64,000 bases of DNA from Laetmonice hystrix (Eukaryota): NCBI GenBank assembly GCA_965235115.1, contig OZ249440.1, positions 34,598,001 through 34,662,000 on the forward strand. Reading direction: 5' to 3'. Within the stretch, counting starts at the first letter, position 1. Each line of letters starts with the position of its first letter. Below, one piece after another: positions 39,225-50,780 of this stretch. The notes under the pieces are model-generated. The model saw only the letters and a list, made by a program, of their open reading frames with translations, ran no database searches and had not been told where the DNA came from. A program made the position numbers and the translations under genes.

Positions 39225-39835
39225 AGCTACGTGTCCACTTGTGCGGACGCGGATACCAACACGTACACGTCCAAAATCGCACATATTGAAACAAGAGGGG
39301 CTGTGTCCACGTATGCGGTGCGGAGTGCGGTCAGGCGTACGAAGCACGGCACGTCTATTCCCGACTGCACCATGTCGCGATCAGTCCGGCGCCGTACACG
39401 GCATCGTGCATGGCACCGGACAAGTGCACATAGAAATTTCAGTCAGCAAACGGGTATTTCCAATCTGATGACGTCATTACCCTGGGAAATACCAGTTCTG
39501 CCATAAGATAAGTAGCTGTATCCAGCAGGATGTCGAAGCTCGAGAGAAACACCATTGAAAAGCTAGTTTTGCTGGTACGGGAACACACATGCTTATATGA
39601 CCCGTCGAGCCCAACATATAAAGATGCTCAACTGATATCCAATACATGGAACAGCATAGCAACCGCTTTCCTCTTGAAGATACAAGAGTTTAGTTACTGT
39701 TGCATTTTGCGCCATGTTTAGGGAATGACATTGTCAGGTCGCCGCACTGACGGCCGCACAAGTGGACACAAACATGAACGCGTCGGTGTCCGCGTCTGTG
39801 TCGGTGTCCGCGTCTGCACAAGTGGACATGTAGCT
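39225..39835 (+). mobile_element. Non-autonomous Harbinger element with a MADF-domain remnant
   Basis: 29-bp TIRs agctacgtgtccacttgtgcggacgcgga, TTA TSD (39222-39224, 39836-39838); ORF 39530-39721 IEKLVLLVREHTCLYDPSSPTYKD..NTWNSIA. Confidence 0.88.
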
Positions 39836-41744
39836 TTAGATAGAAAAAACTTCCTCGGGGTATACTTCCATGTTACAGAGGTAACAGACTGCACATTTTA
39901 TTTCATAATGCTGGGATACTCATCGAACACAATAAATCATTTTCAGAGTTGTTGAAAGATGGCACTGGCCTTGGTGGCTTGAGGAGCAGTCTCCAGAAAT
40001 ATTTCTCAAATGAAATAACCAAGGTTGAACTTCAGGTTCTAGGAATCATTGGGAAACATTTGACTGGTCCCTGGATGACAAAGTTTTATGCTGCAGCTGA
40101 TTCCAGTGTAAATCATGTTGATGCCATTAAACTTGTGAAGCGGGTCATTGAGAGACTAAAGGAGATCCTGCAAGACCCACTGCAGATTCTGTCATCGACT
40201 AAGGATTTTCTAGGTCAAGAAATTACATTGGGCCACATCATCCTCAATTCGCTGACATGTTAATTTCTTGTCTTCAGGCTATCATTGATAAATCTCCTCC
40301 GAATCATGCACAGGAATGGGGGTCTGTGGACCAGTCTAAATGAGATGGACAGGCAACTGAGCATATTAAAATCAGACAATCTGAAAACAAATGCAATAAA
40401 AAACCAGATTCGTTCAAGACAAGTCGTGCTGGGGCAGGATGGTGGCAAAGACCTTTTCAGGTTCTCCAAGGAAAAGGCTAAGCTTAATATTCAGCAGTTG
40501 AAGGAAAATCTCTGTTCACTCATCTAATTGGACACTTGAAGCAAGTGCTACAGCCAGCATTGTCATGAAACCACATTCCATTGTTGGAAAGGCTATTCTC
40601 CATGTGTTGAGGAGGACAACGAGGAAGTTTCTTGGGATGGAGTGATCAGAAAGTTCAGACCAAAAGATAGTGCATATGAGATTGAGTATTTTCGTGAATT
40701 TGGTCAGAGCGCTGGACTGTAAGACCTTTATCTTGATGCAGTGGTTGAAGACATAGATTCAGGGGATCTTACATTTGTATAGATGTCCTCGTAACGATGT
40801 CACATTAACCCTTTAACTTTTAGTTTTAAGGACTAAGAATGTTAAAAATCTCAAAACTTTGAGATGAGGAAGTTTTTTGGGATGGAGTGATCAGAAAGTT
40901 CAGACCAAAAGATTTGTATAGATGTCCTCGTTAATACATGTAACGATGTCACATTAACCCTTATCAAAACTTTAATGTCGGAAGTTATCCTCAGGATCTT
41001 TGCAGTGACTGTCAGTGGGTTTTTTTCGGAAAAAATGAGGCGTTTTTTGGAGTTATGTGGTACTTTGTGTTTGTTCCTCCCATAATTGCCTTGATGATAG
41101 GCTTTACTGTGGGTCCTAAAACTCATTAAAGGGTTAATAAGACCTCTTTGGGGTTTTAAGTAATTCCTTAGGGTATGAAATACCCTTAGGAATAGAAAAT
41201 AACCATCTGGATGTGAATTATACCTTGTTACTTCCAAGAATGAATGTACTGGAATTTTAGTCAGAGTTTTGTACGCTCGCATAATTAATGAGCTAATTAA
41301 TTAGCTTTATTTGCATAATTTTCAACTAATAATGTGCAAATTTACTGAAATTAAGAAACTATTTCATGCACATGTGATACAGATTTAATGATTTCTAATA
41401 AAATTGGAATTAAAAAATGTTTGCCGCCGCAAGTCCTTATTTATTCCATTTCCGCATAATTATTTATTCCATTTCCGCATAATTAATTAGCTAATTTGCA
41501 TATATATTTTTTTTACTGCAACTTTTGCTAATTTTGTCCCTGATTAAGAAAGAAGATGTTCTGATGTAGACACACTCCAAATTTCATAATGATCAGACTA
41601 CTATGCACTGATCTAGCATGCATTCCTTGAACCAGGCCAAAACCAGGCTCGTCAAACTTCACTCATCCATTGTTACTGGTGACAAATATTTGCTTATCCT
41701 TTGTGTAAGGCCTATTATAATTAGCGCAATTAATTACACTTTAA

Positions 41745-42263
41745 AGGGAGCCGTAAAATTCATTTTTTTTCGATTTATGGCAGTCTTAGAAACATATGAT
41801 TCGCATACCTTGGACTCCCAGTAACGTCATGTTATGGCCCAGCGACCAGTATTTAGTAAGGAAAATATGCCAAATCTCTCGCAAATATGTAGCTCAGAAT
41901 TAGCGAGCGGCCCACAGGATATTTGAGTTGGCCACGGTCGGGCGATGATGACGCGTGGTCACGTGACTTCCGGGTGTACATGCGGTATTTAGGTCAACGC
42001 TAGACTAGAGTGAGATTCCCTTCCACACCCGGAAGTCACGTGATCACGCGTCATCATCGCCCGACCGCGGCCAACTCAAATATCCTGTGGGCCGCTCGCT
42101 AATTCTGAGCTACGTATTTGCGAGAGATTTGGCATATTTTCCTTACTAAATCCTGGTCGCTGGGCCATAACAGTCTCACATGATGTTACTGGGAGCCCAA
42201 GGTATGCGAATCATATGTTTCTAAGACTGCCATAAATCAAAAAAATGAATTTTACGGCACCCT
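41745..42263. mobile_element. Kolobok-type foldback MITE
   Basis: TTAA on both sides, termini aggg/ccct, and inverted arms of about 230 bp forming an almost complete palindrome. Confidence 0.82.
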
Positions 42264-42514
42264 TTAAATTGTGATATCTCAGCTTCTAGATGACCTAGAA
42301 CCATAATTCTTTTTTTGTTTTCTTAGGTCATTCATGTCCATCCACATTCATTTAATTACACCCCCTTTCAAATTTTCATGTGAAGTCCCTAATAACACTT
42401 TAAAAAACTTTGTCTCATACCTATTTTGAAGTACTTCTATTTTTTTGGTGGTGTACCTAGCACTGCATGGTACACCCGCCCAACAACGTGGTTAACTCAC
42501 ATACAGCGATTCAC

Positions 42515-42690
42515 AGTCAACTCGGCCTCGTGCCAACTCAGCCTCGTGCCAACTCAGCCTCGTGCCAACTCGGCCTCCGAGGAGACCAACTCGGCCCTGG
42601 ATCCTGCCAAATCGGCCTGCCGGGGAGACCAACTCGGCCCCGGCTCCTGCCAACTCGGCCTGCCGGGGCCTGGGGAACCAACTCTGGGGG
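42515..42690. repeat. Short tandem array of caactcggcc units, probably a DNA-transposon subterminal repeat
   Basis: About 8 copies of (g/a)ccaactc(g/a)gcc. Confidence 0.55.
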
Positions 42691-43332
42691 CAAGCAATTC
42701 GATCTGTCTTTTTGTTTTTATACCAAGGCTACATGTAGGCCTGGCATTATGATTTAGTAGACATGATACAGACGTAGTCTGTTACTCTGTAGCAGGCCTC
42801 TAGGTCTATTAATACTAGTCATCGGCCCGTAGGTCCGCCCGTACAGGTCCCCGCTGCTGTCCCTGTTGTTGTCCACATACTGTCACTGGTATCACCTGGG
42901 GCATGTTATTTCACACCTTCTGATTAAAGAATGAAACAGTCCTTGAGTGGCACAACGAACGTGACTATCATGCACCTTAGTCGTAGCCTAATAGGCCCCC
43001 TGAATAAACTTGATAGAAGTTGCCTATGCCTATGTCATTTTATGTCCACTGTGCCGGTTCTAACCGGCGGCCGGTTTCAACAACACTCAGGCCAGGCGCA
43101 GATGGGCCGAGACCCATTACAGTATGGGTGACGGGCAGCTGATAGGACTGGCGGCAGACATCGATGGACGTCTGCTTGGTTAGGCCCTAGTCCGCTGGAC
43201 ACAATCCGTCTGGTAGACGGTTCCTGATAGTAGGCCTATAGGCTAGTTGTGCGTGTTTTAAAAAATCGAATCTTACATTAGTGTAGAAGGGGTTCTCTTT
43301 GAAAGCAGGTCTGAGCGGGCCATAGGGCCTAC

Positions 43333-43618
43333 TTAATGCCGATGACCCGCGATGATCGCCAGTGAGTGAGTGAGTAGTGGTGGTTTTGCGCCGTGTCGGC
43401 ATCCGGGGCCCGATGATCGCCAGACCCGAGATGATTGCCGATGACCCCGGGAAACCCATCAGTTAAACCATAGTAGCAGGTCATCGGCATTAAGTCGGGG
43501 GAGGGGTGTGTGTTTTATCTCGAGGTTCCACTTGATATTTTCCCGGGGTCATCGGCAATCATTGCGGATCCTAGGCAATCATCTCGGGCCCGGCAATCAT
43601 CACGGGTCATTGGCATTC
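43333..43618. mobile_element. TIR MITE whose left arm carries LINE copy 7
   Basis: aatgccgatgacccgcgatgatcgccagacccgagatgattgcc versus ggcaatcatctcgggcccggcaatcatcacgggtcattggcatt. Confidence 0.65.
43363..43410 (-). mobile_element. I-group LINE copy 7, a 48-bp insertion with a 13-bp TSD
   Basis: TSD cgatgatcgccag at 43350-43362 and 43411-43423. Confidence 0.92.
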
Positions 43619-44435
43619 AGTTAAAAGTATGACCCGTCTGAGCCTACATTACGACACAGCGTACACTTTCCCCAGTCTGCATGCCGTCCACCCGCCGGGT
43701 CTACACCTGTCCCTGGCCGCCCGGACCTGCACCTTCCCTCGCCTGCCTGCGGCCTGCCCCCAGTCCCACATCTCCGCCTGCCCGGGGTTGGCACCGCGGA
43801 CAAGGGCGACTTTATGACGGCGTTTGTTTTATTATTGTTTTTCGTACCCACCTTTATAATCTCTGATTGTTACCATTAAATTAACATTTGCAGGTGCAGG
43901 TATATTCACACATGCAGTATAGTATAATAGCTGATGAGTGTATATGTTAGGCTCAAGCATGCAGACGGTTCCTGATAGTCCTTCTCCGGGTTTAAGTCAT
44001 ATGTGCGGTTTTAGGTTATCAGTTTATCACGTGCCTATGTCTGTATATGGTGGGGGCACGTAGTTCAGTAGGCTATAGAGCATAGCTGATGAGTATCTAG
44101 TGTTAGAATCAAGCAGAGGGTTCCTGATAGATAGGTGTGCCACGATTGGTAGCTATGTAAGTCGGGCGGCAACATGTAAGTGTGTATACTTTATCTTGTA
44201 GTTGTACTTCGGCAGTGCAACTTGCCTGGGCCAGTAACTTTCATTCTCTTCTGGCCCTGTGGGCCAGTACATTAAAATGCTTAATATCGAGGCCTGTGTA
44301 CCATCTACAATGGGTGGGGCACGTGCTTAATTATTTCTTTGCATTCTTATACATATTAGAGTAAACCAAGTTGTCCAAGTACTTTTTTCTGAAAAATGTG
44401 TCTGGCCTATGGTCACACCTACGACCACACACCTT

Positions 44436-44646
44436 CTACACTGCTTTGAAGGGCAGAGCTGTGAGCACACCTACAATCACACCGCTCCTACACTGCTTTG
44501 AAGGGCAGAGCTGTGAACACACCTACAATCACACCGCTCCTACACTGCTTTGAAGGGCAGAGCTGTGAACACACCTATGATAATACCCCTCCCTTTTGAT
44601 TTCCTCTGACGATGATAATACCCCTCCCTTTTGATTTCCTCTGACG
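44436..44646. repeat. 52-bp tandem repeat (about 2.7 copies) followed by a 35-bp duplication
   Basis: ctacactgctttgaagggcagagctgtg at 44436, 44488 and 44540; atgataatacccctcccttttgatttcctctgacg twice. Confidence 0.85.
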
Positions 44647-44790
44647 AGTTATCCCTACACGACCCCGTCCCTGCACCGATGGAGGTGGATGCCACGATAC
44701 CAACCAAGACCTACGAGAGAGTCCCAGCGTCTTCACAACGTGGAAAGCCAAAGCTCGCCGACAGTGACGGCTACACCTACACTGTTAAAA
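44631..44790 (+). pseudogene. FLYWCH-MULE transposase fragment
   Basis: TYERVPASSQRGKPKLADSDGYTYTVK, homologous to FAIVSGSSIRGKDKLIDVHG near 57500. Confidence 0.65.
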
Positions 44791-45074
44791 GTATGAAGGC
44801 CTACTATGGGGATCCACCACCTGGATGGACAGATAATGAGGAGGGCAATGACTCGACTGATGATGACAACCGTGTTGATCCAACTGACCACAACCTTGTT
44901 GATCCAACTGACCACAACCTTGATGGTCCAACTTACTGGTCCAACTAACCACACCACCAAACCGAATGTTCGGCGCAGCCAACGCCCATGTAGAAAACCA
45001 AACCGCCTTGACTTGTAATGGGATGTATACAAATAGCCCAGATCACTTACATAGGATACCTATATTGTTTCAGG

Positions 45075-45950
45075 ATGAACAACAGCGACTTAAGACACCG
45101 TTGCCACACCTGCCGCGTGGGATTCTGCACGGTCCGGAGTTTATGGATACATCGGAGAAGGGACCACGGTGATGCAGCTTTCCCGTGTCCTCTGTGCAAC
45201 TACATCAATAGCTCCCGACATTATATCATCCAGAGCCACGCCCCACAAAGACACGGAGTACAGGACCTCAAGTTGGATGATGTACTTAGTGTTACGGAGC
45301 CACTGACATCAACGGCCAGGCCCTCCACCACCCCCTCAGGTGCCATCCGTGCCACCACGTCAGCTGTCTCCAACCAATATAGGACACAGCCAGCTGCACT
45401 CAACACACGCCGGAGGACACAGCCAGCTGCACTCAACACACGCCGGAGGACACAGCCAGCTGTCCGGCCAGCAGCAGCCCAACAAGACAGGGCAACACAA
45501 ACAGAAGAAAAAGCATTGTATGGACCTGCAGCCCGGCGGCTGGACGATTCGTGGAACCCCGTAGCTGCAGTCTTACTAATGAAGACCAGCACGGTGGTTA
45601 CGAAGCACCCGGATGGTCGGACCACCACAGAAACGCATCGCCAATTTCTGCTGCCAGGACAGGCCTTGCAGGAATCCACTGCTCCAGTCAACCTGACTGA
45701 CACCGACACTGACGAGGAAGACACCCCTGTCATGCAATCAAGGAAGAAGAGAAGGACCAGGCCACTGACCCCAACCCCGGAGGAACCGACACCCCAGCCA
45801 CGCCCACAACCGGAGCCACAACCCTCAACATCGACTGCTGACTCTCTGGCATGGTACTGCCCGACGCCCAGCTACCATTGCCACCCAACCACCGCCGCCT
45901 CCCGTTGGAGCATAGATGATGAAGACTGGGGGAACACCACCCTGGAGTAA
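45075..45950 (+). CDS. Open extra ORF between pol and 3' LTR, with two C2H2-like fingers and a Pro/Thr-rich tail
   Basis: CHTC..HRRRDH and CPLC..HAPQRH; preceded by acceptor-like tattgtttcag; 33-bp internal repeat (RTQPAALNTRR). Confidence 0.6.
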   Translation: MNNSDLRHRCHTCRVGFCTVRSLWIHRRRDHGDAAFPCPLCNYINSSRHYIIQSHAPQRHGVQDLKLDDVLSVTEPLTSTARPSTTPSGAIRATTSAVSNQYRTQPAALNTRRRTQPAALNTRRRTQPAVRPAAAQQDRATQTEEKALYGPAARRLDDSWNPVAAVLLMKTSTVVTKHPDGRTTTETHRQFLLPGQALQESTAPVNLTDTDTDEEDTPVMQSRKKRRTRPLTPTPEEPTPQPRPQPEPQPSTSTADSLAWYCPTPSYHCHPTTAASRWSIDDEDWGNTTLE

Positions 45951-46192
45951 CTTTAACGGATATGGACTGTTTTGTACTGATTATGGACTGATTTATATTT
46001 TGTAGTTTCTAAGATTGTTTCCAGCAATGCCTGTATATATGTTGTTTTTCTTTTTAGTTTCGTTTAAAAAGTTTCTGTGCAATGCTCCAGCGGGGACGCA
46101 TTAGTCCCGGAGGGGGCAGTGAAACGGTTCAGGTACTGTTCCCCCAGAGTATATAACCATGATGCATTTATAACCTGTGTGTATATATGAAT

Positions 46193-46222
46193 GAGTGAGT
46201 GAGTGAGTAGTGGTGGTTTTGC
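46193..46222 (-). mobile_element. I-group LINE copy 8, a 30-bp insertion with a 14-bp TSD
   Basis: TSD gtgtatatatgaat at 46179-46192 and 46223-46236. Confidence 0.9.
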
Positions 46223-48000
46223 GTGTATATATGAATATGTGATTCAATTGTGGTTATATTATGTGTGATATGTTTGATAATCATTTAATAGCCCTTTTTC
46301 CCTTTCTTTTGTATGTTTTAGAGACTGTAATGATAAGCTGTTAATGTTAATTCTCTCCCCCGGCCCTGATCCCTAAGTGTACAGTGTAGCCGGCCAAGTG
46401 CCGCTGCCCCGCCCGGGGCTGTTTGTAGAGGCGTAGCCACCAGGCGTAGTCACCCCTGGTGACGGCCGCCCAGTGTGCACCCCATACGGGGCACGACACG
46501 AGTGCAGCGAGGCGTGACGGCGTCAGGCGCGTGGGAAGGGTCGTGCGCAAATGGGGGGCAGTGAATTTGAGATGTGTTAATGTAATAGTCTTGAAAATGT
46601 AATCTTGTGATATTGTGTAACGGTGGCTAAATTGTGTAACTGTGTATATTTAATGTATGTCTGTATGTAATTTATTTAGTGTACTAAGCATGTGTAAAGT
46701 AGATTTTATGTAGTAGGGTAACTGCAGATTTTTAGCCAATGGGAAGCCTGGAAGCCCGACGCGGGCTCACAGGATGACTTTTCCCTGGGACAGCAGGGGT
46801 ACAAATAGGCGCTGGAAACTGCGGTTAGCCAGTGCGGACAGACTACCCCTCACTCGACACGATACCCTGAACTTGCCTGGGACTGGGCATTTCAGACGAT
46901 TACCCAATACTTAACCCGGCCGTGACCTGCACACCCCCCCCCCCCCCCCCAGCACGTGCTTCGGCTCGGAACAGACCCTGGACATCACCCTCAACCCGGC
47001 CGTGATCCGCACGCCCCCGGCACGTGCTTCGGCCCGATGTAAGTGTGTTAGACTTGACTTGTAATTTGTGATTTAATTGTGGAGTTTAGAAAAGTCAGAG
47101 CTTATACTTCGATTGTGAACTGGTGATTTAGTTCTGTGATAATGTTGAAGTCTTTGTATATACGACCTTGTATAATGTGTGTGAATTAAACTTTGAACTG
47201 TACTTTAAGCTTTGTGTTGTCGATCTCGCCAAGTGTATTAATTAATTAAAGCCATCCAGCGATCGTTCCTATTTGTCCCAACCCCGTACTGAAACAGAAC
47301 ACAACGAGACAGTACTATCCCCCAACCCTATACGTCACGTAAAGTCCCCCCAAGTCCCGATATAGGCCCCAGACCTGTTACAGTAGTTTGAAACCCACAC
47401 AAGGACCACTACTAGATTTGGTAGTTTGAACCACACACAAGGACAACTACTCATTTTTGGTAGTTTGGACCACACACAAGGACAACTACTAGATTTGGTA
47501 GTTTGAACCACACACAAGGACAACTACTCATAACTTGGTAGTTTGAACTTCACACACAGTGACATGTGGTCGTATAGTCGTTTAATTCACGCTCACAGCT
47601 AGGTCATACAAGCGTCAACCCAACAACTTGTTACTTCTATTAGGCTAACAATTAACAGGAAAACCTTACAGACTGAACTACAGTTACATGTGGGCTAATA
47701 TTGAAAAAGGAACTCTAGCTAGTACCGTCAGAAGAATTAGGAACAGGTAGTTTGATCAGGGAGTATACCTAACGGGTTACAGGGTGACTAACGAACCGTG
47801 ACTAACATGACCCAGGAGTACAGTAATCACAGACAGGAACCGCAGAGCAAGTGGAATGGCTTTGTCTTAGTTCAGTGTGAATGGAACCAGCAGTAGGCCT
47901 GTATTTCTGGACACCAGTTGTCGTAGTGGGTGTGATTACATGGCTCAGTAGAAACCTGTTGTCGGAGGGACCAGTGATAGATTTGGTTGGAGCAAAAGAA

Positions 48001-48815
48001 GAGTGAGTGAGTAGTGGTGGTTTTCCGCCATGCCGGCATCCGGGGCCATCTTCACGGCGAAAACAGGGTTAAAAGACCATGAAATGAAAGGAACCTATTT
48101 TATCCCGGGCCCCAACGGGAATATCATTAAAACACACTCTATCCTGTCAGCCCAACCGGGCTATCGACGAGCCTGAACTATAAAAGAGTCAGAAGTCCAG
48201 CTTCTGACAAAAACTCTAAAATCACTCCTGGTCTGACATTGATAAAAAGATCCTTAAGACTTGTCTCACTATAAAACCGTTGTCTGATCAGAGTAAAATC
48301 ACCACACTCAAGTAAAAGATGCTTCAGTGTCAAAGGACACTGACAGCCATGACACTCTGGAGGTGGCTCCCCCTTGAATAAAAACACGTGGGTTAATCTA
48401 GAATGACCAATCCTGCATCGAGTATAAACAATTTCATGCCTACGTTGGGTTAGGCCGTGAAGACACCTTTGGTTCACGACAGGACTGATCTGGTACAATT
48501 TATTGTTTGGTTGTTCATCCCATTCAGCCTGCCATTTGTTCTTAATGTATGCCCAGATGGTAGGTCTGAGGTCAGAGGCTGGGATTGGACACAGTTCGAC
48601 GTCTGTTTCAAGAGCCCTCTTGGCAGTTCTGTCAGCTTGCTCATTGCCCGGGATGCCAACATGACCAGGCACCCAGCAAAAGTGAATATCAAAGTTTGCA
48701 TTGGCAAGCACTGCCAACTTGGACAAGATTTGAACGATCACTGGGTGATCTGTGTTCAAGTTAGCAAGTGCTTGCAGACAGGATAAGGAATCTGAGAAAA
48801 TGAGGAAGTCCTTTT
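48001..48815 (-). mobile_element. I-group LINE copy 9 (long-UTR variant)
   Basis: ORF 48178-48759 plus 3' UTR and tail. Confidence 0.93.
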
Positions 48816-50737
48816 CACTAGAAGGTGAAGAGTCTGGGGATGCCTATCTCCCTCAGTGTACGGCAGATTATCATACACTATTGATTCTGGGAAATCTAAT
48901 CGTCTTCATAGTTAGCTTTAACAGCCCTTGGGTCATTAGGCCTGTGTTTTAACTCATTAAGAAAGCTAGGAAAAAAGGGTGCTAGAGTAGTACACTTTTT
49001 AGTTTACTGGATCATCATGGAGAGTCTAAGGCGGGGATTTTCCTTTGTTAGTTGTTTGTGGAGAGGCTCAGAGACGGACACGACATCAGACACCACAGCC
49101 ACTAACAGAGACGATCTGTCTGACGCGCCTCGCCCAGTCCGTGAGCAAGTGCTGCCACTTAGTGGTTTAAACCTGCACTCTGCGGCATGGCTGGCCAGGG
49201 CTGACCGAGTGGCGCCACCTAGTGGCACAGACCCACACCTAGCGGCTGGGCTCACCAGGCCCGGGATTCATGACAGCAGGGACCGACAGGCACATTATTA
49301 TAACCCGCAACCCGTGACAGACATGTAAGTGGCAGGGTTAGGGAGCCTGTATTCAGACCGCAGAGCAATATCAACCATGGACAGCCTCCCACAGTTTATT
49401 ACCCGGATGGCCAGGCATTTGCTCCCACAGCTAATAACTGTGATTCATACCTCCATAACATGACTGACAGTCCCTTGACAGGCAGATATGACAGGGTCAG
49501 GGGTGAGACGTACATGGCAAGGCAGTACACTGGGACAGAGAACCCCACACCATCGGGTGGTAGCCACTATGGTCAACCTACGACATGCCTGGGGATGGGC
49601 GGTGATCATAAGCCATGTAACTCTGACCGAGTAACAGGTGGAACTGACAGGTGGGCCTATCAGACTGGTATGGACAGAGAAGCTGGCAGATATTCTGACA
49701 GTAGGCCTATGTTCCCCCAACCCATGCATGAAGACCAATCATATCAGGGGCCTACCAGTTATGCCTCACCTAGGCAGGGATTATTTGAAACCCATCCCGA
49801 CATGAGTCAGTCAGGTAATGGGAACATCAGCCCAAGAAACTGGGGCGAGCCAGCCTTAGCTACAGCCAATAACCAGATAAACCAGGTACCACTAGTACTA
49901 CAGCCACAACCCTCTCCAACATCTAGTTTAACCAGGCGCAAGCAGAAAGAACCCATGAAATATAATGGGAAAACCGACTTTGGCGACTACCTGGGGCATT
50001 TTCAAGCTATTACCCATTGGAACCAGTGGTCATATGATGAGAAAGGTATGCAGCTGGCGTGTAGTCTCATTGAGGGAGCACGGGAGATTTTGTCCACTGT
50101 ACCTAACCATCTTCAGTACGATTATGATTGCCTGCTCAGCGCCTTAGAGAGAAAATATAGCCCCCCTGGCCGCGAATCGCAGTTTGCAGTGGAAATCATG
50201 AATCGCACATGTAAACCCACTGAGTCAGTTGCAGAATATGGTCATGCCCTACAGCGCCTGGCAAAACGTGCATACCCGGGCACGACTATCGCCGAACCTG
50301 TAATGATAGACATGTTTATAAAGGGATTGCCGGACCTCGCCATGCGGCGACATGTGCACTCAACCAAGACACCAACGCTCGCAGAGGCTATCACGAATGC
50401 TGTGTCATACCAGGCCTTCGATAGGAGTCAGGTGCCCCTGCTTGCTCCGAAACCACACCCTGTGAAGCACGTGGCCCAGGTAATAGACACAACTCCCCCC
50501 AAGGGGCAGGGCAATGTCACCAGCACTCCAACCACTTCACCAGAATACCAGACGTCATTCAGTAACCAGGGTCAGCGCCGATACTGACCCGGGCGTGACC
50601 TGGCCACAGTCTGTGGAGTGTTACCGGTGCCACCGGATGGGGCACTACTCAAGGGAGTGCCCTGAAAATGTTTATGCGAACAGGCAGAGGTCGTTCCCAG
50701 CAAGAGGGCCCCCGAATGCCAGCCCTAGGGCTCGACA

Positions 50738-50780
50738 TTTAAACGAGTAGAAGCTGGATCCCGGCCCAGGGCTCCAGCTC
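50738..50780 (+). promoter_or_regulatory. Candidate -1 ribosomal frameshift signal at the gag-pol junction
   Basis: Slippery heptamer T TTA AAC (50738-50744) just before the gag stop, then the stem-loop agctggatccc-ggccca-gggctccagct. Confidence 0.65.

Larger units (their letters stand above)
38889..42459 (+). mobile_element. Second hATw-like transposon, right half
   Basis: TMSDRCAANH, CHLHPLD, AFNKLRYKDGKGNP and LQVLGIIGKHLTGPWM are paralogous to 9014-12963. The right end ttggtggtgtaccta shares the TAGGTAC terminus. Confidence 0.8.
44791..47382 (+). mobile_element. 3' part of Gypsy-like element A: pol tail, extra ORF, PPT and LTR
   Basis: MKAYYGDPPPGW..RRSQRPCRKPNRL*; PPT ggagggggcag; LTR about 46120-47382 (tgaaac...gttaca). 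Confidence 0.72.

Noticed and set aside
549..48815. LINE copies as a HeT-A/TART-like telomeric array
   Set aside because: The copies are dispersed inside other elements, two have TSDs, and host sequences continue across some of them; they are not head-to-tail.
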